From Gnetum montanum (Eukaryota; Plantae; Gnetophyta): a stretch of DNA of 64,000 nucleotides. The position numbers were made by a program, and so were the translations under genes. The stretch spans positions 78,038 through 142,037 of the forward strand of contig MNCI01002624.1 of the NCBI GenBank assembly GCA_015680685.1, given 5' to 3'. Numbering within the stretch: position 1 is the stretch's first letter; the number at the start of each line of letters is the position of its first letter. Below, piece after piece: positions 36,001 to 48,900 of this stretch. Under the pieces are notes generated by a model. It was not told where the DNA came from, ran no database searches, and worked only from the letters and a program-made list of their open reading frames with translations.

Positions 36001-38890
36001 CCTTTTCAATGTTTAGCCCATCCATGACCACCATAACGTAGCCTCTTCCTTCTATACCACAACCCATTGTGAGATCATAGGCATCTCTATTAATACCCCA
36101 ACCATTCATGCAAATACAACAACCCATGGGAATGTTCCAAGGATTGGATTAAGTATTTCAAATGATCTATAATTGGATCAAGCATTTCAAAGCCTTCACA
36201 ACATAGACAATAAAGATAATGGATTTTTACCAAGATGATCAAATTAGTTCTACTATTCCACAAATAACACTTCCCCTAGGAATCCCCATTCTCTAATTCA
36301 CCAAGTACAACTATGAAGGTAGCCTTAGCACCCACTTGATAACCTTTAGTTTTGAGTACCTATTACTGCAAGCCTACCCTTATACTATAATGTGGATATT
36401 CCCTATGTCCCTTACTAAGAAAGCTTTATACTAGTACCATGCGCTACCAAGAGGATTTATATCCTCACTAGAATACTTAATTTCATAGTTGGTTAACCAT
36501 TTCAAATACAACTTGAAACCTGACATGACTCTTGATCAATTAATAGAGGCGAAGTAAGGATCCCTTGAGCTAGTATAGAAATTCATACAATGATAAAAAT
36601 ACTCTTCTTAATGAGATTCTATAATTGATAGCCAAGACTCACCTTCTTGCCATATTCAAGGGGGCAATTAACAACTTTATTAAGTTGAAACTATACTAGC
36701 TAGATCCACGGTCACTCAACCAAGCCTTTTCACAAACAAAGAACATAGAGGATGAAGTTGAGGCTAGCCATGACCCCACCTACATGGTGTATAGAAACCA
36801 ACATGCTTGGAAAGATAAGGAGAAGGGGAGGCAAAACAACACAACTATGGCCATAGTGGCCAAAGATAACAAGATGATCACACAGGGGCCCAAGATGAAC
36901 CAACCCAAGGCCCCTACCAACCATAATTAACCTTCAACATCTAGGGCCTCTGCATCAACTACTACAAGGCCTAACTTTGAACAAAAATACTAGTTGAAGT
37001 ATACTAGGTAACCATTGAAACCATTGGAACTCCTTGATTAACTGTTGAAGATTTGAAGAATACAATAAAAACAAATGACTAAAAATGTCCACTAGAGGCA
37101 TTATAGACTATGTGAGATGGCCAAAAACCTCACTCCTACAACCAAGGACAACTCCATGGTACCTAAGTACTTTAAGCTAGACCATTTTTGCCACTACCAT
37201 CAACTACCAGGTCATGAAATTAAATTTTACCTAGCACTCAAGGATGACCTATAGAAGATGATAAATAAGGGTGAACTAGTCATTGATTCCTCCAAACTGG
37301 CCAAGCCATAAAAGTAATCCATGTAGATCTATAAAGATCCATTGAATTCCAACAACAGCTCATACACTATAGTAGGATTCAATGTGACTAACAACTCTAG
37401 ACCTGCATAGGAGCAGTTCATGATATGGGCACCTCCTCACAAAAATAGAAGTCCTTCAACCTTAACTAGTTTAAGGCTTGCTTTTATTGTAAGGGTCCCA
37501 TCACCTACACCTCCCAAGGGGCCTTTTGCAATCAAGGTTCCCCCTTCCACTCAAGCTAAACCTACTCCTACAACTAAAAAGCATCTCTCGTAGTGGCCAA
37601 TGCAATTGCTTCTTCACAACCAACTAATAACAACAAGAAGTTCTTGAGCAAATAATGCAAGAAGCCCATGTCAAAGGCAATGAACAATGACAATACATAG
37701 GTCAAGGCATGGAAGGAAGTGTGTCCATTGAAGTCCACTTCCATCTCATTTTTCCTAATGAGCTCTAATTCTTAGGCCATCTCAACTAGTCAACCATGGG
37801 AGGATCCCAATTTGTAGGGAAAGGGAAAAGAAGCCAAAACAAAACCATTGAAGCATGAAGTTTACATTTTGAGACACATTAAGAAAGTTAAGAATGCTAA
37901 GAACAAAAAGCCTATAACCAATGACAAAGACTTCTTGACTATGATGGAACAAGTCACGTAGGTGCTAGAATATAAGAACACCTTCCTCAGCTTATATGAC
38001 CTTGTGATGACTTCCACTATGCATCGTGAAGCATTAGTTAAGATGTTGACCTCTATTCCTATTAGTGAGCATATCCCTGCTAGTGAAGAGTCCATCCATG
38101 TAGTGATGGTACCACCTTCATTGAAGGACAAAATTAGGTCAATAGCACTAGTGTTTTGCAATAGAAAAATCAAGACCAACCTTTAGGATGGCAAGACAAC
38201 CAAGGCTCCCCTCTTTATAATCATTAGGGTAGAATAGTTCAAAGTTCATATGGTGCATGTTGACAATGGAGCCAAAATGAATGTGATATCTTATATGATA
38301 GTATAACATCTAGGCCTAACCAAACATATGCAACATACTTCAATAACCACTCTTAAATCCTTCAACGGATCTCAAGTAGCTATTAAAGGCTCTATTACTT
38401 TAGACTTTGTGGTAGGGGAACAACTCCCCAGAACAACCAATTTCTTGGTGGTGGAAGAGATACTAGGATTCATCCTCATCCTAGGAAGACCTTGGCTAGC
38501 TTAATTACAAGACATTTTCTTACCGATCCACTAAGAAATTCACCTACCTTATGAGGAAGGTGAGATAATCATCCATGATGACAATGCAGTTCCTTTGGTG
38601 ATCAATAACATTAACATTGAACAAGGGTTCCAATTGGAGTTTTAGGAATAAACTTCTATTATTAGCCACAAATTCAAGAGCTTGATGAAGTGGGAGAGGC
38701 CAAAACCAAGAACGATGAACCCATGTATGCACCATGGAAAGTGATCCCTTTCAACATAGTTAGTGAAGAAAATGGGATGTACCAGATTGTGCAAAGTAGA
38801 CCATATAGCTTCCCTAACCTTTTAAATATTAGGAAGCATTTGCACAATTGATGTGCCTTTTCCAATTCGCTCATCCTTGTATCTATAACC
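33066..38890 (+). mobile_element. Truncated Tat/Ogre-like gypsy element: 5' LTR 33066-34467, PBS, gag and protease remnants
   Basis: PBS-like TAGCACAAGAAGGAGGG (~34473-34489, cf. TGGCGCTAGAAGGAGGG). Gag FTKYNYEG..STHL..F (~36298), Zn knuckle FCHYHQLPGH (~37186), protease VHVDNGAKMNV (~38253), ILGRPWL (~38478). No RT seen; 3' boundary approximate. Confidence 0.75.
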
Positions 38891-41800
38891 ATGTAGCGTA
38901 TTTTTTCTATAATCTTTTTTAGCCTAGTTTACACATTACATGTATGTACCATATTATTTACTTTTATTTTACTTTGTTGTAGCCTTTACTTCATGCATAT
39001 CCTTAGATTCATTTTCATTTAAAATTTTTCTTTTAGGCCTTTTAAACCTAGAAAATAAAATATAAAAATATGATAAAAATTTTAAAATGTAAAAAACTCA
39101 TAAAAATTTTAGAAACATCAAAAATTGATAAAAAATTTTCTTTTTAAATCATATAGCCTGTCATGGCCTAAAATTAGCAAAACATTGTATAGCCCACCAT
39201 GGCCTAAAACTAGCAAATCACATGACCTACCATGGCCTAAAACCAGAAAAACATTTATCACAACTTATAATCTAGTTCACATCTTAGTACCCATATATAA
39301 CTAATTTTTCCTTTTATAACTAATCATGATCAAATAAGTTACCCAAAATAGCTCTATAACATGAATGAAAATGTAACCATTAAATAGATATAAAACATAA
39401 GACATTAAAACACATAAACCAAATTAAAATTTAAAAATAATGATAGTCCAATGTCTGTAACATAGTAACCATAAAAGTTTAAACAATACACCAAATAAGG
39501 GGCTAACACTAGTCTCAAATAACATAACAACATCAACAATATCATTAAATACAACAAGTGAGATGACCAAAGACAATGACCAATAGATGGTACTAAGGGG
39601 CTACTTGAGGGGGCTAAGGAGCACTTTTTTCTTCGAGCCACTGGCATCACCTGTACCATAAAACAACATAAGTTTAAGCAATAATCAACAAAATATGAAA
39701 CCGAAATTACAAACTATAACTTAAAATAACTTAAACTAAAATGAAATGTCCTAAAAAAACATAAAATAAGCAAGCTTGGAAGGGCTTAGGTGTAACATCT
39801 TCTAGTGGGTGGTTTTGAAGACCAACCTTCAAATGATGGAGGCTTTGTTCCTTAGTCATGTGGACCCACTCCACCTCCCTAAGATTGATTCCTATCAAGA
39901 TGTTATTGTCATTAATATCAGTCCATGTAGGTGGCTCTAGCAAAAATGTTGTGGTATTTACCTCCCCAGAAGTAGTAGAGACTTGAAAAGATGGAGAATC
40001 CGCAATGGTCAAAGAGCTTTCAAATAGTTTGAAGACCTTCTCCACCTAAATCCCCTTCAAAAAAAGCTCCAAGTTGCATTATTCTATGGACTCCTCTTTT
40101 AACTTGTTGGGATACGTTTCACGTTCAGCCTTATATTTCTTCTTATGGTCTTTTTGTGCCCAACCCCACTCAAGAACCTAGGCATAGTAGTCTCTCCACT
40201 TCCTAGTATTGCATGCCAACAAATCCATCTAAAGCTTTTGCTTCATAACCTCCTTGGCAAGTTCAAGCTTTTCATGAATGGAATTCTAGTACCACATCCA
40301 TTTGATCTCTTTAGTTTGTAAGAAACTCCTATTGGCCATCTAGGCCTCTACAAATTCCTTGCAATCTTTAAGATCTTTGTTCACCTCAACCAACTTTTAG
40401 TTTTCTTGTTCGAACACTACAACTCATTTTCATAGGAACTCATTCGAATGTTGGGTTTCCCACAAATTTTTTGTGCATGAAAATGCACATTTAGTGGCAC
40501 TTTCATATAACTTTTGTGATACATTCTCCACATCTGATGCTGAGCTGGGTAGGGAATTGATCTCAATGGAGTGGTTAGGATTCCACCTAAGTGTAGGCAC
40601 TAAAAACAACAAAAGAAAACATATGCAAAAAATAATAAGTGATCAAATAACCAAGAAAAAAATAATATTATAACTAAAATAATACAACTATAAAATAAGA
40701 AACTAGAAGTGCAAGACAAGTTAAGTTCTTATTAACATTAGGAGCAACCTATTGCAACTAATTAATCATGTCCTTAGCCATTCCTTGCATGATTTCCATA
40801 TTGTCAAGAATGTAAACACATGGCTTCATGTGTAAGATGGAGGTTGAGGTAGTAGGATGAGGCTCGATAGCTAAGGAAAGTAGAATAATGAACAAACGAT
40901 TAAAACCAAGCTTAAACTAAAACAACAAAATAACTTAAATGTATGAAACAAGCAACATACACACCTAGAGCATCATTTGGGATGATGAAAATGGGTTCAC
41001 CTAGCTATGAGGGATCAAATATGATATCAAAGTCATCCAATGGGACATTGGGTAATCCCTCATCTTCATGGAATTTCTGGATCTCCTCCTCTAGGCATTT
41101 TTTCTTTGCCTTTGTTACCCTTGATAATTTCCTTTGGGTAATGATAAATTCCAAAAATGTTATGTGCTATTCAATATGTGCCCCTCCCCCATGACAAATT
41201 TGAACACTCCAGGTTCAAGTAGGTTCAAAAGGAATGAAAATCGGAGTACCAATGAGCGAGATATAGGTAGAAAAGTAAGGGTTGCACAATCGTAAGTTGT
41301 AGAGAAAAAATTCAAAAAATTCCCCCACATGAATTGTGAGAAAATGCTAGGTGTTGTGGGGGGCTTTGCTATTTATAGTTGGATGGGACAAGATATCGCG
41401 TATGATACATCGTGTACGTGATATCGCGGCCCTAGTGACATTAGGCACAAGAAAATACCAAATTTTTGAATATTTTCTTGAAGTCAACATTGTAAACTTA
41501 GGATATTAGACTATTGTTAAGAGGTTCTAGGGTAATTTAGCTTGTTGTGAAGGCACGAATAATGATGTGTGGGTGCAATTGATCAATAAAACCTCAGGTG
41601 GTAAGTGAGAGAAAAAGGCCATGTAATGGTACATAGGAATGTTATTATTCAGAGGGGTAGTAGTAGGGAAAGGAAATCATGGAAAAATATGCTGAGGGTA
41701 AGAAATGGTGTGTGGAAGGTGGGTCATGAGTGCAAATTACAAGAGATTACACAAGTGGGTCCTCCCCAAAGTAGGTTCCAACCTATATTGCCCTTATGTA

Positions 41801-44800
41801 ACCACACTTAAAAGTGTCTGTGGGCACTAAAAGGGTTAAGCGTAATCTGCACAGATTCCACAAAACACACCTATGTAAATATCATCAGAATGAGGTAAGA
41901 ATTCTATGCTACACAAGACACGAATTACATTTACATGAATAGTGAGATGAGATGAACTATAGAAGAAATTGTAGAGATTGGGACATGAGGTAACTGACCC
42001 AGGGCATAGTGAATCTTACGTGTAAAGCATGATTAATGTGTCATTAACCCATCCTTCCAAGATCAGGACCAAGTCCATTCCTCTAATCAGTGACACTGCA
42101 TTGTTTCATCCCATGATTAACAAATATGAGAGTACCAAAAAAACAATGTGTACGATCACTTGGCATTTTTTATAAGGAAGGAGTGATTTTTGTTTTATGG
42201 CACTTCCTTATTTTTCTTTTCTTTTCCTTTTCCTTTTTTTTTTTCAGTTGCTGAATCCAGAGAAGCCACCAACCTTCAGGCATGGGTGCACATCTTTCCA
42301 ATGGGACCCCCTAGAACAACATTGGATTTTTGAGTGCCCTTTTGATTACTCTTACTCCCATTTTTCATTAGATCTACAAGGATCTTAGTACAACAACGTT
42401 GCATGATAACTCCCATAGACGTCACCAAAGAGAATCTGTAAGTCCCCTTGATGTCACATCCTAATCATTCCCTCTTGGCCCATCCTTCTTCATTCTGGGT
42501 ACAATGAATACAAAGTTAATTTTAAGTTTTAAGAATGTCAAGAATATCATTGTACCCTTGAACAAAACCTCTTATTTGTAGAGTGGATGAGTGGGTGTAA
42601 TGGGCTCACTATCCAAATAATTGATCACCTGAGACTTGATAACATAGAACACACCTCAACCAATGAGCCACATGAGTGTTTTATTCGTAGATGAGATTAC
42701 TTATAAAAATATAAAAAGATAAAAAGATAAAATGAGAAATTGAAAAATGAAAAAATGGAAAACAAAAAATTGTAAAATGATAAAAAAATGAAAAATATTT
42801 ATTAACCCTGCTTGTTATTTAGAATGGAGGATATCCCCCATAACTAAATGGTTGAGCATGGCAAGGATTAATAAATGAAAGATGAGGATCCTTACATGTT
42901 GGAAATATTAGGACTCAATCGTACTTTACCCCATCGGGGTTCACACACCTGATCATAGTAAGCATAGTGGGGCAATTTATATGATGTAGTTCCCAGATAA
43001 CGAGTTCATCCACTATGATATTTGGGACCATTAAAGGGTATGAAAGGATCAGGATGTTGCCTTCCATGACTATGTTCATTGGGCCGTATGGTTGTTGGAG
43101 TATTGATTGGTGGCCTTGATGAAGACACATGAGGCATTGGGTTTGAAGATAAGGGTGCACCACTATGTTGGACTTGTGCTGAGTTGGAGGATGCAGTGGC
43201 CTTGGAATTGTGTTGTCCCTTCCTAGGGTCATTTCTAAAGAAGGGACACCTTCGATGTTGCTAAGGTTTCCCACTGCTGTTGGCAATAGTAGCACAAGTA
43301 ATGTTTAGGGGTTGTTGTTGTGGTGCAGAGACCTTAGGAACAATTGGTGGTGATGTAGAAGAAGGGAAAGGATGAGAATGTTGAAAATTAGAAGAAGTGT
43401 AAGGTGCACAAGGTGGTGGTTGTGTTGAGTACATGGGCTAATAGTATTGAGGAGAATGGTAATGCGGTGAGATAGAGTATGTTGACCTAGTTGGGGAAAT
43501 AGGATGTTGAACTTGATAAGCAATTGCATTTAGATGATATGAAGGGTATCTCCAATTTAGGAATGGCTTCCCCCATGACTGGGATTGTTGCCACTATGAT
43601 CAAATACAGTATCTCTATACAAACTCTGGATGTAACGTGCTTCTCCAATGCTCATTTAAATGTAACAAGATTGGGCACTGGCCCTTGGGGTGATCGTACA
43701 GGCAAATGTTACATTCATACGTATGATTGGTAGTTGAGCTCTTGTGTTCTTCATCCCTTCTTTCCAATTGTCTAATGATATTTTGTCCTATTTCTTAGGT
43801 TGTCAAAACTCTATCACCAATAATAGCAATACATTCTCCACACTTTTTATATGTCCATTCCAACATCTTATTGATCTTTGCCTCAACTTCCTCTAATGAT
43901 TGTTGTTGTACTGGAAAAGATGCTTCTTTCCCCTTGTGATAGGTTGATTTCTCCTTTTTGTGATTATGGACCTTTGTTACATTGAGATTTTGGTCCCATT
44001 GATGTTTTCTAACACTCTCTCATCTATCCATTTCTCCTTCCTCTTTTGCTACCTGATTAATAAGCTCTTGGACTTGATGGGTTCAGAGTTCGTAAATTTG
44101 ACCTTGGGCATACATCCCTAGAGTTTCTCTTGTTGCATTACAAAGCCCATCAATGATATGGTACATTAGCCTTTCCTCAAATAACTCATGGCCTGGACAG
44201 TTCTTTAATAGTGCATAATATCTTTCTAAGGCCATGTCCAAGGGTTCATGTTGTGCTTGCTTCCACTCTTGGATTTGTTTCCTCATGGTTGACACTCTTG
44301 CGTAGGTTTGAGATCTTTTGTTAAAGAGTTCTACCATTGTTGGCCAACGTCATATTGAATTTGGTTTTAACGATCTATACCATACTTTTGCTTGGCCAAT
44401 GAGTATCATGGGAAAGAGCTTGAGTTTTTGCCAACCATTATTAATGTTGTTCCATGCACATGCATCATAGAAGGCTTGTAAATATTGATGCGGATCTAAG
44501 TCATAGCCTCCTAAGAAAGTAGGGAAGTTGTTTAAATCGAGCCTGGGTAGACAGCTCTCTTTATGATGCCTACAGGAGATTCGAATAGCCTCTTGTAATT
44601 GTGTTAAGCTTGTAGTGGTGAGTAGGGGTTCATTGTCATTGGGTAAGTTATGATTTCTTGCGTTGGGATGATGTTGATTTCATTTATGTTTATAAGAAAN
44701 TTGCGTTGGGATGATGTTGATTTCATTTATGTTTATAAGAAACCCCCACCTTGAGTTGCATACTCCAATCTTCATTTTCATATAGTTCGTTGGTTATCCA

Positions 44801-45778
44801 ATGAACTTCCTCACTAGGTGTGGCATTATCATAATCTTGTAGGAGACGCATGATTGTGAAGCTATGTGTGAATTCGTATGTGACTTTTTATAATTATTTC
44901 TTTCTAAAAGATATATCATTAATTCCTATACAATGACCTTGCATGATATAACTAATCTAGATAACTAGCACCATCACTGACAACGACGCTAATGATGAGT
45001 GACGAGGTACCCCTACACTCAACCATATGAATACGAGCATTACACGCACAATCCAGTCAAACTCCACAGATGGACTAGTTGTGGAATCTAGATAGTTAGC
45101 CTTAGGTCGCAGTTCGTTGTCTTCCCACCTGGACTAGTATTAGCTTGTCATGTATGATTTAGTCCAAAGTGAGGTGTATGATATGGTTTCTAACCTAATG
45201 CTACTCCTGAAGGCAATGAAAAGTAATATTGACTAAGCTAAGAGAGAAAGGGTGAGAGAGAATCTAATCTAGCCTAAGTGCGATGAGCATCCGTTCCTCG
45301 ATTATCTATACACATCTTGGACTTCATGCACGACTACCACTGGGATTACCAAGCACAGATCCTAGGTACACTACTGGGTTACCAAGTAGTCACACTTAAA
45401 TGCTCGTAATCAAGTCATACTCATTCCACGTTTAGCAGGAGTTTAAGGGTGAGAAGAGATTAACTAGGAAAGCAGTAAATAAAAAATAAATAAATAATTA
45501 ATCTAAGTGAATGCTGCAATGATGAAGTAACCTCGATCTTTATTGTCGATCATGTGCATGTCCAAGTACATCACACTCAAATAAGGATGCTGTACAATTA
45601 CAACAACCACACTGTGGGCATATGCTGGGAGGAAAGAGTTGAGAAAAATCTAAACTTAAAACTTACAATAAAATCTAAGGACAAAAAACTAAAAATTGCT
45701 TATTGGAATTGTCTACCTCTTATTCATATATGAGGAGACCGGCTGCGATATCGTGTATGCCCAAATGACGACTCATCA
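38890..45778 (-). mobile_element. Non-autonomous Athila-like element: 5' LTR 44993-45778, PBS, gag remnant (~44600-42915), no pol, 3' accessory region
   Basis: LTR with perfect 8-bp terminal IR TGATGAGT...ACTCATCA. Minus-strand PBS TAGCGTCGTTGTCAG (cf. tRNA-Asp-type TGGCGCCGTTGCCGG). Gag ORF 44083-44337 (ERYYALLKNCPGHEL). 3' UTR block CTTTGGGGAGGACCCACT shared with 62530-62547. Confidence 0.8.
39580..41200 (-). pseudogene. Decayed intron-containing coiled-coil accessory gene in the env-like position
   Basis: TATA (CTATAAATAGC, minus strand, ~41368-41378). Exon ...CLEEEIQKFHEDEGLPNVPLDDFDIIFDPS*LGEP, GT-AG intron 40964-40871, exon AIEPHPTTSTSILHMKPC, T-rich intron ~40735-40600, then KLVEVNKDLKDCKEFVEA...EKLELAKEVMKQKL. 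Start codon not resolved. Confidence 0.55.
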
Positions 45779-48700
45779 AGTAGTAAAGAAATAAGGAGAG
45801 TTATGTAAAAGAGAATTAGCTAAAGAATACAATACAGATCTTATTATTAGAAAAGAGATGTGAGGATTTGTGAGACATAAGAAAAAGAAACATTAGAAAA
45901 TGTGATCTAGTGAAAGAATCTAGCTATTCAAAAATTAGTAAATGATATTATAAAAAAGGTAGAGAAAATACATGATTCTATAAATGAAAAGTTTACAATA
46001 AGACTTATGATAGAAGAGGAGAAAATTGAACAAGTATTCAATAAAAATAAGGATAGAAATAAGAAGTGAGATAATGGACATGATAATTATAAAAATAAAA
46101 GAAATGTTGCTACAATAGAGGAGGTTATAGACTCAAGTTTTCAAGACAAAAATGGTTGTAAGGTGTACCAATATGAACATCATAAGGGATGTTATCCTAT
46201 TATGATCCACTTACAAGAGTTTGAAGCAAACATACTTGATTTCAAATTTATCTAAAGAAAATGCCTAGATAATTACCTTATCCATAGGATAATTACAAGA
46301 ACCCCTATCAAAAATCATATTATCCAAGCATGACTTAACCTCAATCATAGGAGTAGTACCAATAATAGTCGTAACAACCACAATCATGGAAAATACTACT
46401 ACTAAGGTAGCAATATCTGTATCGACATCTAGATCTTTATGGATATTATGTCCAATGTACTATATCTTCAAGTAGTACTCTATTTGTGCTTCCTCTCACT
46501 ATTATCCAACTAAGTATCATAAATGTGTAACTCCACACATGAAATCATAACCTTATATATCTCAACTAGTAGTAGGTCATCATTATCAAGCTCCCAATCC
46601 ATCACCACTAATACCACCATTGGTAATGTAAGCGGAACTACGATTACAACTTTAATATAAAAGTTCTACTAGGGTATTTAGTATATAGAAAGAGGATGAT
46701 ATCAACAACATTAAATGTAAATCTAGGAAATGTTCTTTCTTTCAAACAAGTCTAGAAAATATTAGTAGAGTAAAAAATTTATCCAATCCCATTCCTTCAA
46801 TGATAGATCCTCCTACAAGCATCATTATTTAACAACAACCAAATCAAAAGCTTATAACTATCATGTTAATGCAAATAGTATTCAATTGAATAAAAGCAGA
46901 AACACTTCCTAAGAAAAGAGTAGATCCTAAAAGACCTATGGTTTGTTTACAAATTATTAGAAATCCATCATATAAATCTTTGATCGACTTAATTTATGGA
47001 GTTAATTTGATATCTCAAAAAACATAAAAGGCATGGAACCTATTACCATTAAGTAAGGGCAACATAAGACTAGAGTATGTAGATCAATTAGTCATCATTA
47101 CTTTGGGAAAGATAGAAGATGTAATGACTATTATTAATGGGTGATCTCACCAACAGATTTTCTTTTGATTGATGTGAAGAATGATAAGAAGGATTTTTCT
47201 ATCATTATAGGGACATCATGACTTAGCATAATTGATGCTAATTTAGAAATGAGAGACTTGTCCTTAGAAATTTCCAAAGAAGATGAGCATGAAGCCATGC
47301 AAATTCAAAGAATTCCATGCATTAGTTATGATGATAAGGGTGTAGTTATGAATTGAAAGTTTAGAATGTTAACATGATTGTTATACTAGCCCACAAAAAA
47401 TTTGAAAAAACATGTATGTAAAAGAAAATAATAGTCACTAAGCCAAAAGACACCCAATGATTAAGAAATGAGAACATGAATTTATCTATACATGGATAAA
47501 AACATTCAATTCACTTATCAAATCCTACCCTAATAAAATTATCCAAATAGAAAACCTACTAATGGATATTCTAAATAATGATCATACATAAACATGGATA
47601 CTTAAAATCTAAAATTAATAATAAATAAGAAAACATATCTAAACCCTCTAAAATAAAAACATCATCTAGTCCAACAAGATATGTATCTTCAAATGATCAA
47701 AATTTGATTATCATCAATGTCACATGGGATAATAAATGAAACCATAAATCACTAATGATGATTAATAAGAGAACTATAGCATATGATCCTTCGGATATGT
47801 GATCCATTTTTTAAATACTTGCTTATGAGTTCAGTTGTGGGGAAGGTACCCTATCTTGAATTAGAAAATGATAAGTGCATTTTAAATTTTTTGTTTTACA
47901 AATTTAGTTATATTTTTTTATTTTTTTGTATTTTCTTTATTCTTTTGATATTTTTTGTATTCTTTAATATTTTTCATAATTTCATAATATTTTTCCATTC
48001 TTTAATATCTTTTAAGAATCTTTATTCATTTTTTCTATTCTTACATGTCATTTATTCTTTTTATAAGTTTATTATTTTTGATGTACATATCTTTATTGAT
48101 TTTCCTTAATAAAGTATTAAGAAATAAAAGAGATATAGTTGAAACAATAAGAATTTTACTCTATGTTATCAAATCATTAAAGGAATAGTTGTATATATAG
48201 TGTGACCACATCGTCCATCTAGTTATTTCCAATAATAAGAAGGTTCTTATCTTGGACATAATGGTATTCTCATGACAATAAAACTAGAATAAATCTTTGA
48301 TTATTATGCCTAGATGGAAACGAGAAGAATAAAGGGGCAATGAAAAGAGTGTAATATCAAGGGGATTTGTGGATTATCTAAAGCTACTACTATGATTCTT
48401 ATTATGCTATTAAATTATATTATTTAGTTAAGCTCTAATAAAAAATGGAAGCATATTCTAAAATAAGTACTACCATGTCATGTCACTGGAAAGACATATT
48501 ACCCATACCTAAAGGCAGTTCTCTAGTAAGGTGGTTGCAGTAGCTACATAATAAGTTCACATAATAAAATTTTTTGGGGGTTCCACAGGAAAGACATGTT
48601 ACCTATGCCTAAAGATAGGCTACTTAGGAATTTTAAGATTTCTAGGATTCACATTAGTTATGAGGTTAAAAAGACATGATACTCTTGTTTGAAGACACAC

Positions 48701-48900
48701 TACTTAGGAATTTCAAGGTTTATTGAATTCACATTAGTTATGGGATTAAAAAGACATGTTACTCATGCTTGAAGACAATCCTCTATTCAATGGTCAAGTC
48801 TCCTTGAAAATAAAATACTTAATTAATAAATTTATTTCTTGTTCTTCATTTCCAAGTGATGATATTTCTTATAGTCATGATCATCTTATGATTATTAGTT
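45779..48900 (+). mobile_element. Very old Athila-like gag-protease remnant and 3' region
   Basis: 45780-47350 is a heavily AT-shifted homolog of 56860-58410 (e.g. GVNLISQ, VDQLVIITLGKIED, FSIIIGTS*LSIIDA). 3' limit approximate. Confidence 0.65.

Noticed and set aside
44659-44741. 41-bp perfect direct repeat
   Set aside because: The two copies are separated by a single N at 44700, typical of an unmerged contig overlap.
30051-45778. LTRs 30051-30933 and 44993-45778 as the two ends of one minus-strand element
   Set aside because: The flanks do not form a TSD (CTAGG vs AGTAG), lengths differ (883 vs 786 bp) and internal similarity is low; the first resembles the 54829/63299 LTRs more.
47783-48109. 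Hydrophobic 108-aa ORF (similarly 61256-61576) resembling a membrane protein
   Set aside because: A by-product of T-rich low-complexity retroelement 3' UTR sequence.
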